From the NCBI GenBank assembly GCA_964597695.1, contig CAZQZB010000004.1:14001-78000 (forward strand): DNA of 64,000 bases, given 5' to 3'. Shown here in pieces: positions 47,553 through 56,868 of this stretch; the first letter of the stretch is position 1; every line of letters starts with the position of its first letter. A model generated the notes under the pieces. It was not told where the DNA came from. It saw nothing but the letters and a program-made list of their open reading frames with translations, and searched no databases. The stretch comes from an uncultured Thalassospiraceae bacterium. Its GTDB lineage: Bacteria > Pseudomonadota > Alphaproteobacteria > Rhodospirillales > Casp-alpha2. A program made the position numbers and the translations under genes.

Positions 47553-49961
47553 TTAGGGGCCGGGATGGCCGATCAGGACCTCGCGCCGGCCGACTCGGTT
47601 GGCCGTGCTGACGATGCCTTCGTATTCCATTTGCTCGATGATCCGGGCGGCCCGGTTGTAGCCGATCTGAAGGTGACGCTGAATAAAACTGGTCGAGGCT
47701 TTTCCCTCACGGGCGATCAACGAGACGGCGTCGTCGTAAAGAACGTCGCTCGTTGGCCCGCCGCTCCCGGGAAGGCCGTCGCTGGCTGCTTCTTCCTCGG
47801 TGACCTCGTCGATGTAGGTGGGCTGGCCCTGGGACTTCATGAAGGTGACGGTTCTTTCCACCTCTTCGTCGGATACGAATGGCCCATGTACCCGGTTGAT
47901 GCGCCCGCCGCCGGCCATATAGAGCATGTCTCCCTGGCCGAGAAGCTGTTCGGCGCCCTGTTCACCCAGGATGGTTCGGCTGTCGATCTTCGACGTCACC
48001 TGGAAGCTGGCACGGGTCGGAAAGTTGGCCTTGATAGTTCCGGTGATGACGTCGACTGAAGGCCGCTGGGTGGCCATTATCAAATGGATGCCGGCGGCGC
48101 GGGCCATCTGGGCCAGGCGCTGTATGGCGGCTTCCACGTCCTTCCCGGCAACCAGCATCAGATCGGCCATTTCATCGACGACAACGACGATGAACGGCAA
48201 AGGATCCATGTCCAGGGGCTGGTCCTCACTCACCGGCTTGCCGTCGTCGTCAAAACCGGTCTGAACTCGGCGGGTAAGAATCTCGCCCTTTTTGCGCGCC
48301 TCCACGAGCCGGGTGTTGTAGCCGGAGATATTGCGCACTCCCAGTTGCGACATCACGCGGTAACGCTCTTCCATCACGTGGACGGTCCATTTGAGCGCCA
48401 CGATCGCTTTCGACGGATCGGTGACGACGGGCGTCAAAAGATGAGGAATCCCCTCGTAGACGGAGAGTTCCAGCATCTTCGGATCGATCATGATAAATTT
48501 GCATTTCTCGGGCGACAGACGGTAAAGCAACGATAGAATCATCGTGTTAATAGCGACCGATTTGCCCGAACCCGTGGTTCCGGCGATCAACAGATGAGGC
48601 ATGCGGGCCAGGTCGACGGCTATCGGCGCCCCCCCGATATCCTTGCCGAGAGCGAGGGGCAGCTTGGCGGACGATTTTTCGTAGGATTCGTACGCCAGCA
48701 GCTCGCCCAGATAGACCATCTCGCGGGTGACGTTGGGAAGCTCAATGCCGATGACATTACGCCCCGGCACGACGGCGATGCGCACGGAAACCGCGCTCAT
48801 GGAACGCGCGATGTCGTCACTGAGACCGATGACCCGGGAAGTCTTGGTGCCCGGCGCCGGCTCCAGTTCGTAAAGGGTAATGACGGGACCCGGGCGCACC
48901 TTGACGATTTCACCGCGGACACCGAAATCCTCCAGGACACTGCCAAGTAACTTGGCGTTCTGCTGCAGGGCATCCTTGTTGAGCGTGTCGTCAGGGCCCA
49001 GGTCCGGTCCTTTGTCCAATAAATCCAGTGGCGGTGTTTGGTATTCCTTGCCCGTCCCCAGGTCCAATTTCCCCTGCCGTTCGGCCAGGGCCTTTCGGCC
49101 AGCCTTGGGGCGGGGCTTCTTAGGCGCAACGAGGCCGGAACGAGTAACAGGCTTGGCGGCTCTTTTCGGGCCGCCGGCACCAACGGTGACCGGTTCGATA
49201 TCGCTGTCGAAGGCTTCTTCATGACCGTCTTCATCGGCCCCGGGTTCGACGCCCCACGCTGGCATGACCCCGAAGGCCTCCCGGCCCCTCTTGGCGCCAC
49301 GGCCGAGAGCCGCGACCCCGAAACCAAGCGCCCGCCCGGAGGCCCACCATTCCCGCCATGACAATCCCAGTGCAGGAATGAAAGTCGCAAGCGCCAAAAC
49401 CAAAAGAACGGCGGCAACGACCCGGGGATAAAATTCAATGCCCAGCAATGGTCCCAGGCTGGCCAGACGATCTAAAACCATGGCACCCGTGACGCCGCCC
49501 AATCCTGTCATCAGCGGCCACTTGCCGGGCGGTGGCAAGACGTTGAGGCCTGCCGCAAGCAAGGTCATAGCGAAAATCAACATCAAGACACGCAACCACC
49601 AGACGGACAGACCCCGCTTGGCCACCAACCGCCAGCCCCAGGCAAGAAGTGCCAAGGGCGGCAGAACCCCTGCAAAGCCAAAAGCCTGAAACGACAAGTC
49701 GGCAAACCAGGCGCCGGCGGCGCCGAGTAGGTTGCCGACGGCGCCATTGGCGGCATTGTTTAACGAAGGGTCGCCCGGGGTGTAGCTGAAAAGCGCCGCG
49801 ATCAGCCAAAAGGAACAGCCAAAAAGCACAAGACCAAGGGTTTCCGACAGCCGCCGCTTGAAAAAGCCGACAGCGCCAGCAGGCAGAACGCCGCTTGTGG
49901 CCTCGGAATAGCCGAAGACACGACCTCCGCGGGGGTCAACAAATCGCATGGTTTGAGCCAT
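47553..49961 (-). CDS. ftsK: DNA translocase FtsK
   Basis: 802 aa. It has N-terminal TM helices, Walker A GTTGSGKSV, and a C-terminal gamma domain (ASTSFIQRHLQIGYNRAARIIEQME). Confidence 0.97.
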   Translation of the reverse strand: MAQTMRFVDPRGGRVFGYSEATSGVLPAGAVGFFKRRLSETLGLVLFGCSFWLIAALFSYTPGDPSLNNAANGAVGNLLGAAGAWFADLSFQAFGFAGVLPPLALLAWGWRLVAKRGLSVWWLRVLMLIFAMTLLAAGLNVLPPPGKWPLMTGLGGVTGAMVLDRLASLGPLLGIEFYPRVVAAVLLVLALATFIPALGLSWREWWASGRALGFGVAALGRGAKRGREAFGVMPAWGVEPGADEDGHEEAFDSDIEPVTVGAGGPKRAAKPVTRSGLVAPKKPRPKAGRKALAERQGKLDLGTGKEYQTPPLDLLDKGPDLGPDDTLNKDALQQNAKLLGSVLEDFGVRGEIVKVRPGPVITLYELEPAPGTKTSRVIGLSDDIARSMSAVSVRIAVVPGRNVIGIELPNVTREMVYLGELLAYESYEKSSAKLPLALGKDIGGAPIAVDLARMPHLLIAGTTGSGKSVAINTMILSLLYRLSPEKCKFIMIDPKMLELSVYEGIPHLLTPVVTDPSKAIVALKWTVHVMEERYRVMSQLGVRNISGYNTRLVEARKKGEILTRRVQTGFDDDGKPVSEDQPLDMDPLPFIVVVVDEMADLMLVAGKDVEAAIQRLAQMARAAGIHLIMATQRPSVDVITGTIKANFPTRASFQVTSKIDSRTILGEQGAEQLLGQGDMLYMAGGGRINRVHGPFVSDEEVERTVTFMKSQGQPTYIDEVTEEEAASDGLPGSGGPTSDVLYDDAVSLIAREGKASTSFIQRHLQIGYNRAARIIEQMEYEGIVSTANRVGRREVLIGHPGP

Positions 49962-49985
49962 ACGCGGTTTCTACATGATTTATGT

Positions 49986-51168
49986 TTACAATACCTTAAC
50001 GAGTTTTTCTAAGGCATTGGAAACAGTATTCGAATCGTTCACAAGGGCCAGGCAGATGAACCGGTTCCCTGGGTTCCCGCCGGCGCCGTCTTCGCGTCCG
50101 ATATAGGCACCGGACAGGACCCGAAGCCCGGCTTCCGCCCACAGCCACTTTGCCGCCGCCTCCCCGCCGCCGACGTCCAGCCAAAGGAAGAATCCCCCGG
50201 CGGGACGGAAAAATCCGAACTTTCCGGTTAAAATCTCCTCGTCGATGTCGAACTTAGCCCGATAGAGCCTCCGGTTTTCCTCGACGTGGGATTCTTCGCT
50301 CCACAACGCCACCGACGCGGCCATGGCGGGCATCGGCACCTGGGGGCCGACATAGTTTCGAAGCCGTTTGAAGGGGCGAATAAAGGCCTCGTCCCCGGCG
50401 ACGAACCCGGACCGCAACCCGGGTGCGCTCGACCGCTTAGACAAGGAATGAAAATCAGGACATTGTCGAAGCCGCCTTCCAATTGGGTGGACGCCTCAAG
50501 GGCGGCGGTTCCCGGTCATAGATCTCGGCGTAGCACTCACCAGCAACGAGCATGAAATCGTATTCCCGGGCCAGGTGAATGGCCGATTTCAAGGCCCCAA
50601 TCCCGGCGATGGCGCCTTGGGGGTTGGCCGGCGAACAGAAATATTAAAGCGCCGTCCGGGCCAACGTTTCCTCATCGAGGCTCGTAATGTCCGGCAGAAA
50701 TCCGGCCTCGGGCGTCGCTGGAAGGAATAACGACTCGGCGCTGGAAACGGCCACCGCGCCGCCGTAGGCGTAATAAAACGGTTTGGGCATGACGATGACG
50801 GGTTTGGCACCGCCCTTGGTTTGCGGCACCATCAGGGCGCTGACCAAATAAAGCGCCTCGTGGGTGCCGGCGACGGGAAGAACATGACGGTCTGCGTCAA
50901 GGGCGTCTTCTTGAAGGCCGTAACGCCGGCTCAGCCAGCGGGCCACGGCAGCGCGGAATTCAGGCGTCCCGTCGCCGGGCGGGTAACGGCCCCAGAGTGG
51001 CGCCGAGGTGGTGAAAATCTTGGCGATCATGGGAGGCGGCGCATGCCGGGGCTCGCCTACCGACATCACCACCGGTTACAAGCCGCCCAACGGCTCGATG
51101 CCGTCCAGGAGCGCCCGCAGGCGGTCGAAGGTGTATTCCGGCAGCACGGAGAGGCGGGGGTTGAGCAT
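49986..51168 (-). pseudogene. class I/II (DapC-like) PLP aminotransferase, disrupted by two in-frame TAA codons and two frameshifts
   Basis: The minus strand read from ATG 51168 gives MLNPRLSVLPEYTFDRLRALLDGIEPLGGL-TAA(51076-51078)-PVVMSVGEPRHAPPPMI...EETLARTAL-TAA(50644-50646)-YFCSPANPQGAIAGIGALKSAIHLAREYDFMLVAGECYAEIYDREPPP. The frame changes near 50495-50512 (AALEASTQLEGGFDNVLIF). It changes again near 50445-50452 into SLSKRSSAPGLRSGFVAGD (PLP-lysine motif), which runs to the stop at 49986. The track shows the pieces in three frames (50644..51072, 50228..50482, 49986..50444). Confidence 0.8.
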
Positions 51169-51229
51169 GAGGTGTCGTTCCTAGCGGCAGACGATTTCAT
51201 GCGGTTGATGTTATCCGCCCGCCCAGAGC

Positions 51230-51260
51230 AAAAAAAAGCCGGAAGGCCTAGCCTTCCGGC
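51230..51260 (-). terminator. rho-independent terminator downstream of amtB
   Basis: On the minus strand, GCCGGAAGGC-TAG-GCCTTCCGGC (51238-51260) is followed by T8 (51230-51237). It lies about 105 nt after the amtB stop. Confidence 0.8.
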
Positions 51261-51365
51261 GAAGGTGGGTGGCAAAGGGTAGGGACGGGGAGGCAGGGCA
51301 CCCTAAAGAGGCCCGCCCCCCTTGGTCTTCGTCTTGGTTTCCGTCAGTGTTTCTGGCGGTCCCGG

Positions 51366-52676
51366 TTATTGGATGGTTTCTCCGTGGAGGTTTAAATCCA
51401 ACCCGCCGATCTCGGTTTCCTCATCGACCCGGAGACCCATGACTGCGCCGACGATCTTAAGGATGACAAAAGTGGCGATCGCGCAATAGACGATGGTGGC
51501 GACAATCCCCTCCAACTGGATGAAAACCTGGCCCGCATTGCCTTCGAGCATGCCCGGGGTGCCGCCGATGGCCTCGACAGCAAAGACGCCCGTGAGCAAA
51601 GCGCCGACGATGCCGCCGATGCCGTGGACGCCGAAAACGTCCAGCGAATCGTCGTAGCCGAGTTTCGGCTTCAACATCACCGCGCCCCAGAAGCAGGCGA
51701 TTCCTGCTACGAAGCCGATGACCAGAGCGCCCACGGGGGCGACGTAGCCCGACGCCGGGGTGATGGCGACGAGACCGGCGACGGCGCCGGAGACAATACC
51801 GAGAACGCTCGGCTTACCGCGAAAAATCCACTCCACGACCATCCACGATAGGGCCGCCGTGGCGGTGGCGATCTGGGTCACGGCCATGGCCATGCCGGCA
51901 TTGCCGTTGGCGGCTACCGCCGATCCGGCGTTGAAGCCGAACCAGCCGACCCACAGGAACGAGGCGCCGATGACGCTTAGCACCAGATTGTGTGGGACCA
52001 TGCTCTCGGTGCCGTAGCCGTGCCGGCGGCCCAGCACGATCGCGCCAACTAGGGCGGCGACACCGGAGTTGATATGGACCACCGTGCCGCCGGCGAAATC
52101 GAGCACCCCGGCATCGCCGAGGAATCCGCCACCCCAGACCCAATGGGTGATGGGGGCGTAAACGATCACCATCCAGAGACCCAGAAAGACCATCATCGAC
52201 GAAAACTTCATGCGGTCAGCGAGGGCGCCGGTGATCAACGCCGGGGTGATGATGGCGAACGTCATCTGGAAGGTCATGAAGACGGTTTCCGGAATGGTAC
52301 CGGAAAGGTCGGCGACGCCCATGCCCATCAACATCATCTTGTCCAGCCCGCCGACAAAGGCATTCATTCCGCCGCCGTCGGTGAAGGCCAGGGAATAGCC
52401 GATGACCATCCACAGAACGGTCATCAAACAGGTCACGGCGAAGCTTTGCACCACCGTCGCCAGAATATTTTTCTTGCGCACCATGCCGCCGTAGAACAAG
52501 GCCACGCCGGGAATGGTCATCATCAGGACCAGGGCCGTCGATGTCAGCATCCAAGCGGTGTCGCCGGTGTCCAGTTTCGGTGTTTCGGCGGCCAGAACGC
52601 CGTCTACGGTACCGAGCACAACGGTCAGGGCAAGGCCCAATATACCGAAAATAAGTTTCAACATTCGCATCACCAT
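51366..52676 (-). CDS. amtB: ammonium transporter
   Basis: 436 aa with a signal peptide and about 11 TM segments. Amt-family features are DTGDTAWML, DFAGGTVVHINSG and VHGIGGIVG. Confidence 0.95.
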   Translation of the reverse strand: MVMRMLKLIFGILGLALTVVLGTVDGVLAAETPKLDTGDTAWMLTSTALVLMMTIPGVALFYGGMVRKKNILATVVQSFAVTCLMTVLWMVIGYSLAFTDGGGMNAFVGGLDKMMLMGMGVADLSGTIPETVFMTFQMTFAIITPALITGALADRMKFSSMMVFLGLWMVIVYAPITHWVWGGGFLGDAGVLDFAGGTVVHINSGVAALVGAIVLGRRHGYGTESMVPHNLVLSVIGASFLWVGWFGFNAGSAVAANGNAGMAMAVTQIATATAALSWMVVEWIFRGKPSVLGIVSGAVAGLVAITPASGYVAPVGALVIGFVAGIACFWGAVMLKPKLGYDDSLDVFGVHGIGGIVGALLTGVFAVEAIGGTPGMLEGNAGQVFIQLEGIVATIVYCAIATFVILKIVGAVMGLRVDEETEIGGLDLNLHGETIQ

Positions 52677-52682
52677 GCCCTC

Positions 52683-53021
52683 CTACAACGCTTCCGCGTC
52701 GGTTTCGCCGGTCCGAATGCGGACCGCCATGTCCAATGAGTAGACGAAAATCTTGCCATCGCCGATCTTGCCGGTGGCGGCGGATTTGGTCACCGCGTTG
52801 ACCACCTGTTCGACCATGTCGTCCTTTACGGCGACCTCGATCTTCATCTTGGGAAGAAAGTTCACCGTGTATTCGGCGCCGCGGTAGATTTCGGATTGCC
52901 CCTTTTGGCGGCCGAAACCCTTAACCTCGCTGACGGTCATGCCCTCGACACCCAGCGACGTCAGGGCCTCGCGCACATCCTCGAGCTTGAACGGCTTGAT
53001 GACAGCCATAACCAGCTTCAT
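52683..53021 (-). CDS. glnK: nitrogen regulatory protein P-II (amtB-linked GlnK)
   Basis: Track ORF 52683..53060. The start was moved to ATG 53021, giving MKLVMAVIKPFKLEDVREAL (112 aa) with T-loop YRGAEY. It lies directly upstream of amtB. Confidence 0.95.
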   Translation of the reverse strand: MKLVMAVIKPFKLEDVREALTSLGVEGMTVSEVKGFGRQKGQSEIYRGAEYTVNFLPKMKIEVAVKDDMVEQVVNAVTKSAATGKIGDGKIFVYSLDMAVRIRTGETDAEAL

Positions 53022-53374
53022 CTTTCTCGATCCTCTCTTTATTTGGCCCGGTGCACCCAAGTCTTCCGTTTACCGGTTCGGGCGGGGCAATGGCCGCGGT
53101 TGACATGTCTAATGGGGCAAACGGTTGGCCCGTACTTCATAAGGGTAAACTCAAGAACCGTGCCGTTTCGGATCGGAGGGCTGTTTTTGCTTTAATAACA
53201 AAATTCTAGACTTGCTTTTGTAACCTAAAAAAGAGCCTTGAAGCGCCAAAAGATAGATTAAATAATAGGCAATATATATTTTATGACTAATTTTTATGCA
53301 TATTGAGCGGCTGCAAGTGGGAAGAGGAAAAAACCCTACTAGACATCCGGCCCCAAACGCGGAAATTTGTGGCC

Positions 53375-54646
53375 ATGACCCGTCCGTCCGCCAAATCCAG
53401 GACTGCGAGGAAGCCACGCCGGCTCGTGACCGAGGCGCTGATCGTCGGCGGTGGCTTGGTCGGCGGCACCCTGGCCACCGCCTTGGGTCACGCCGGCATC
53501 GATGTCATCGCCGTCGACACCCAAGACCCCAAGGCTGGGCTCAATGCCGGCTTCGACGGCCGAGCCTCGGCGATTGCCCAAGCCACCCAAAAGGTCTTGG
53601 CGGGGCTGGGGATATGGCCGGCGTTGGCCCTGGAAGCGGCACCGATACTGAACATCCGCGTTTCCGAGGGAAGCTCCCTGTTTTTCCTTCATTACGATCA
53701 CCGGGAAGCCGGTGAAGAGCCGTTCGGCTATATGGTCGAGAACCGCAATCTCAGGAAAGCTCTTTTCGAACGTCTCCAAGAACTGAAGACCGTCCGCCTG
53801 ATGGCGCCGGCCAGTATTACGATGCTGAAGCGCGGTAGCGACGGCGTCCGGGCGGAACTCGCCGGTGGCCAGGTAATCCATGCCCGCTTGACCGTCGCCG
53901 CAGACGGCCGCGCCTCGACGACTCGCGTGAGCGCCGGTATTCAGGTCACCCGATGGTCCTATGAGCAGGCCGGGATTGTTTGTACGGTCGGGCACCAACA
54001 CTGCCACGATTTCATCGCCCACGAGCATTTCCTCCCGGCGGGTCCGTTCGCCATCCTGCCGCTGATGGGCGATTCCGGTCGTCCGGGGCATTGTTCCTCC
54101 ATTGTGTGGACCGAACGGGCCGACTTGGCGCCGGCGATCATGGCCCTTGACGATGCCGGCTTTATGGCCGAGTTGGAGAGCCGTTTCGGGAATTTCTTAG
54201 GCGACCTGGAGGTGATCGGCCCCCGATGGAGCTATCCGTTGTCGCTGCAATTCGCCCATACGTTGCTCGGCCGGCGCTTAGCGCTGGTCGGCGACGCGGC
54301 GCACGCCATGCACCCCATCGCCGGCCAGGGTCTAAACATGGGCCTTCGCGACGTGGCGGCGCTGGCCGAGGTGGTGCTGGACGGACGCCGGTTGGGTCTC
54401 GATATCGGCGAAGGCGTAGTGTTGGAGCGCTACCAGCGTTGGCGCCGCTTCGACAATGCCTTGATGCTGGCCATGACCGACGGGCTGAACAGGCTGTTTT
54501 CCAACGACATCCGGCCGCTTCGGCTGGCCCGGGACGTAGGTCTGGCGGCGGTCAACCGGCTGCCGCCGTTGAAGCGTTTTTTCATGCGCCATGCCATGGG
54601 ACTGGCCGGCGACCTGCCCCGACTGATGAGAAACCAGCCGCTCTAG
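53375..54646 (+). CDS. UbiH/UbiF/VisC/COQ6-family FAD-dependent ubiquinone biosynthesis hydroxylase
   Basis: Track ORF 53303..54646. ATG 53375 is preferred. The FAD motif is ALIVGGGLVGGTLA, followed by GDAAHAMHPIAGQGLNMGLRD. Confidence 0.9.
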   Translation: MTRPSAKSRTARKPRRLVTEALIVGGGLVGGTLATALGHAGIDVIAVDTQDPKAGLNAGFDGRASAIAQATQKVLAGLGIWPALALEAAPILNIRVSEGSSLFFLHYDHREAGEEPFGYMVENRNLRKALFERLQELKTVRLMAPASITMLKRGSDGVRAELAGGQVIHARLTVAADGRASTTRVSAGIQVTRWSYEQAGIVCTVGHQHCHDFIAHEHFLPAGPFAILPLMGDSGRPGHCSSIVWTERADLAPAIMALDDAGFMAELESRFGNFLGDLEVIGPRWSYPLSLQFAHTLLGRRLALVGDAAHAMHPIAGQGLNMGLRDVAALAEVVLDGRRLGLDIGEGVVLERYQRWRRFDNALMLAMTDGLNRLFSNDIRPLRLARDVGLAAVNRLPPLKRFFMRHAMGLAGDLPRLMRNQPL

Positions 54647-54650
54647 AACT

Positions 54651-54754
54651 TTGTTGTCCTGAATCGAAGCGATTTATGACGACAAGACCCTAAGTATATG
54701 AATGAGAAGGCTTATACGTTTCAAATTGATTCAATTTGAAACGATCGCACTCTA
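54651..54754. repeat. 104-bp repeat element, left copy of an inverted pair (contains 25-bp palindrome 54718-54742)
   Basis: The reverse complement of 55392-55495 matches this segment at 98 of 104 positions by my manual alignment. It contains GTTTCAAATTGA-T-TCAATTTGAAAC and a second stem, TTGTTGTC...GACGACAA. It lies between the convergent ubiquinone hydroxylase gene and the DUF971 gene, and it includes the DUF971 stop codon. Confidence 0.85.
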
Positions 54755-55126
54755 GGGATCGCGGCTCAGCCCCTGGGCTTCGATGGCGTCGAGATAGCCC
54801 TGCCAAAGTTCATCTTGGCGGACGCCGTAATCATAGAGCGTGTCCCAGGAATAGATGCCAGTGTCATGGAGATCGTCGAACTTGATGCGGATGGCATAGT
54901 TGCCGACCGGTTCGACCTCGAGGATGCCGACGTGGCGACGGCCGGCGACGACGGTCTTTTGGCCGGGCCCGTGGCCCTGGACTTCCGCCGAAGGGCTTTC
55001 GACCCTCAACAGCTCCGCCGACAGCGAGAAGTTCCGACCGTCATCGAAATCTATTTCCAGAACCTTTTCCTCCCGTTTAAGGCGGATTTCCTTGGGCCGG
55101 TGCCGGGTTCCAAAGGTTTCGCTCAT
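54752..55126 (-). CDS. DUF971-domain protein (gamma-butyrobetaine hydroxylase-like N-terminal domain)
   Basis: Track ORF 54752..55252. ATG 55126 gives MSETFGTRHRPKEIRLKREEKVLEIDFDDGRNFSLSAELLRVESPSAEV...YAIRIKFDDLHDTGIYSWDTLY, the typical DUF971 pattern. Confidence 0.8.
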   Translation of the reverse strand: MSETFGTRHRPKEIRLKREEKVLEIDFDDGRNFSLSAELLRVESPSAEVQGHGPGQKTVVAGRRHVGILEVEPVGNYAIRIKFDDLHDTGIYSWDTLYDYGVRQDELWQGYLDAIEAQGLSRDP

Positions 55127-55160
55127 AGATAGGTTTCTCGCCTGCCCCGGTCCGCCAAGG

Positions 55161-55367
55161 TCATTCCGAGGACACCGGGGCGGCGTTCTCGTCCAAAGGC
55201 CGGGCCTCGTCCACCAGCATAATCGGAATGCCGTCGCGGATGGGAAAGGCAAGCCCGGCCTGCTCCGAGATCAGTTCATCGGCCTTTTCGTCGTAGCCGA
55301 GCGGTCCCTTGGTCAGAGGACAGACAAGCATTTCGAGCAACTTCGGATCGACCTTGCGCTTGGTCAT
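55161..55367 (-). CDS. Trm112-family protein (UPF0434/YcaR-like)
   Basis: 68 aa. [14 protein letters not shown] and [11 protein letters not shown] are Trm112/YcaR signatures. Confidence 0.85.
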   Translation of the reverse strand: MTKRKVDPKLLEMLVCPLTKGPLGYDEKADELISEQAGLAFPIRDGIPIMLVDEARPLDENAAPVSSE

Positions 55368-55391
55368 GACGGAGTCTCCTTCCGGCGGCCT

Positions 55392-55495
55392 TAGAGTGCG
55401 ATCGTTTCAAATTGAATCAATTTGAAACGTTTAAGCCTTCTCATTCTTATGCTTAGAGTTTTGTTGTCATAAATCGCTTCGATTCAGGACAACAA
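55392..55495. repeat. 104-bp repeat element, right copy of an inverted pair (contains 25-bp palindrome 55404-55428)
   Basis: See the left copy at 54651-54754. This copy has the perfect stem TTGTTGTC-N19-GACAACAA (55461-55495). It lies between the stop of the thioredoxin/TPR gene (55500) and the Trm112 start (55367). Confidence 0.85.
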
Positions 55496-55499
55496 GACC

Positions 55500-56573
55500 C
55501 TAGGAAAACAGCAACGACGACAGCTTCCGCCGCCCCGAAACGGTAACCGGGTCGGCGTGGCCCAGGGCCTCGAAAATCTTCAACAACTGCATGCGGGCGG
55601 CTTCGTCGTTCCATTGCGGAGCGCGGCGGAGAAGTTCCAGAAGCTCCTCGACGGCGTCTTCGTTCCGGGCCCGACCATAAAGGGCATTGGCCAGGTCGAA
55701 ACGTACCTGGTGATCGTTCTCGTTCTCCGCTAGTTTTCCGCGAAGCTCCTCAACGTCGCCCAATTCGCTAACCTGTTCGGAGAGCTCCAACGCCGAGCGG
55801 GCGGCGGCAATCTCCGAATTCTGGGCCAGGTCGTCTGGAAGGCCGTCGACAATCTCCCGCGCCCGCGTTTCGTCCCCGGCGGCTAGTGCTGTGCGTACTA
55901 TGCCGGCGATGGCATCGGTGTTGGCCGGGTCCTGGGCCTGCACCTTGGCGAAGATGGCGCCGGCGGTCATCTCGTCGCCGGCTTCCAACGCCGCCTTAGC
56001 CTCTTCCAGCGCGACGTCGATGGGAGACTTGGCTTCGCCGATCAACTTGTCGATGAATATTTTGATCTGGCCTTCCGAGAGCGCGCCCGAGAACCCGTCC
56101 ACCGGCTGGCCGTCCTTGAACGCATAAACGGCGGGAATGGACTGGATCCGCATCTGCGCCGCCAGTTCCTGGTTCTCGTCGATGTTGATCTTGACTAGCC
56201 GCACCATGCCGGCGGCGGCCTGTACCTGTTTTTCCAGGGCCGGGCCCAGCTGCTTGCAGGGGCCGCACCAAGGGGCCCAGAAATCGACGATCACCGGCAC
56301 CTCGGCCGAGGCCTCGATGACATCGGCCGTGAAATTGGCGGTGTCGGACTCCTTGATGACGTCGGCGGGGGCCGCCTGGGGGGCGTCGCCGGGGCCGACA
56401 AGTAGGGTCCTCGTCGGGTCCGGCGCCGGCTGATCGGCGCTCGGGACAACGCCTGGGTCCGGGGCCGGGTCCGCGGCTCCGCCCTGGGGGGCCTCTTCGG
56501 GACGGTTTTTTGGCTGATCCTTGCTTTCGCCCCCGGGCGCCAGTGAGCCGTCCGGGTTCAACTTAAATTCCAT
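55500..56573 (-). CDS. thioredoxin-domain plus TPR co-chaperone (YbbN/CnoX-like)
   Basis: Track ORF 55500..56669. ATG 56573 is preferred. The thioredoxin motif is VDFWAPWCGPCKQL. It is followed by TPR-like helices and preceded by about 60 aa of Pro/Ala-rich sequence. Confidence 0.85.
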   Translation of the reverse strand: MEFKLNPDGSLAPGGESKDQPKNRPEEAPQGGAADPAPDPGVVPSADQPAPDPTRTLLVGPGDAPQAAPADVIKESDTANFTADVIEASAEVPVIVDFWAPWCGPCKQLGPALEKQVQAAAGMVRLVKINIDENQELAAQMRIQSIPAVYAFKDGQPVDGFSGALSEGQIKIFIDKLIGEAKSPIDVALEEAKAALEAGDEMTAGAIFAKVQAQDPANTDAIAGIVRTALAAGDETRAREIVDGLPDDLAQNSEIAAARSALELSEQVSELGDVEELRGKLAENENDHQVRFDLANALYGRARNEDAVEELLELLRRAPQWNDEAARMQLLKIFEALGHADPVTVSGRRKLSSLLFS

Positions 56574-56793
56574 GGCTATTTTACTTTGGTTGGCGTATCT
56601 CAAATGTCTTAGCCGGGGCAACACCTCATCGATGGCTCTATAGATGGCTTTTTCCGGCCCTCGGCGCAAGCCCCCCGGGTACGGGCGTGCCGTTCCGGGA
56701 ACCCGGAGCGGAAGGAAGGGGGGGCGGCAAACATGGTTCTTGAAAACACCAGTGCGATGCCGGATGATGCGGCGCTTTTCAAAACCAAGGAAC

Positions 56794-56868
56794 GCGGGCG
56801 TAGCTCAGGGGTAGAGCGCAACCTTGCCAAGGTTGAAGCCGTGGGTTCGAATCCCATCGCCCGCTCCA
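56794..56868 (+). tRNA. tRNA-Gly (anticodon GCC)
   Basis: Manual cloverleaf folding. The acceptor stem is GCGGGCG/CGCCCGC and the D arm is GCTC-AGGGGTA-GAGC. The anticodon arm is CAACC-TTGCCAA-GGTTG and the T arm is GTGGG-TTCGAAT-CCCAT. The discriminator is T with an encoded CCA. Total length is 75 nt, followed by a T-run. Confidence 0.97.

Noticed and set aside
51211-51219. Isolated DnaA-box-like TTATCCGCC upstream of the aminotransferase pseudogene
   Set aside because: It is a single imperfect box in GC-rich context with no AT-rich unwinding region, so it is not a second origin.
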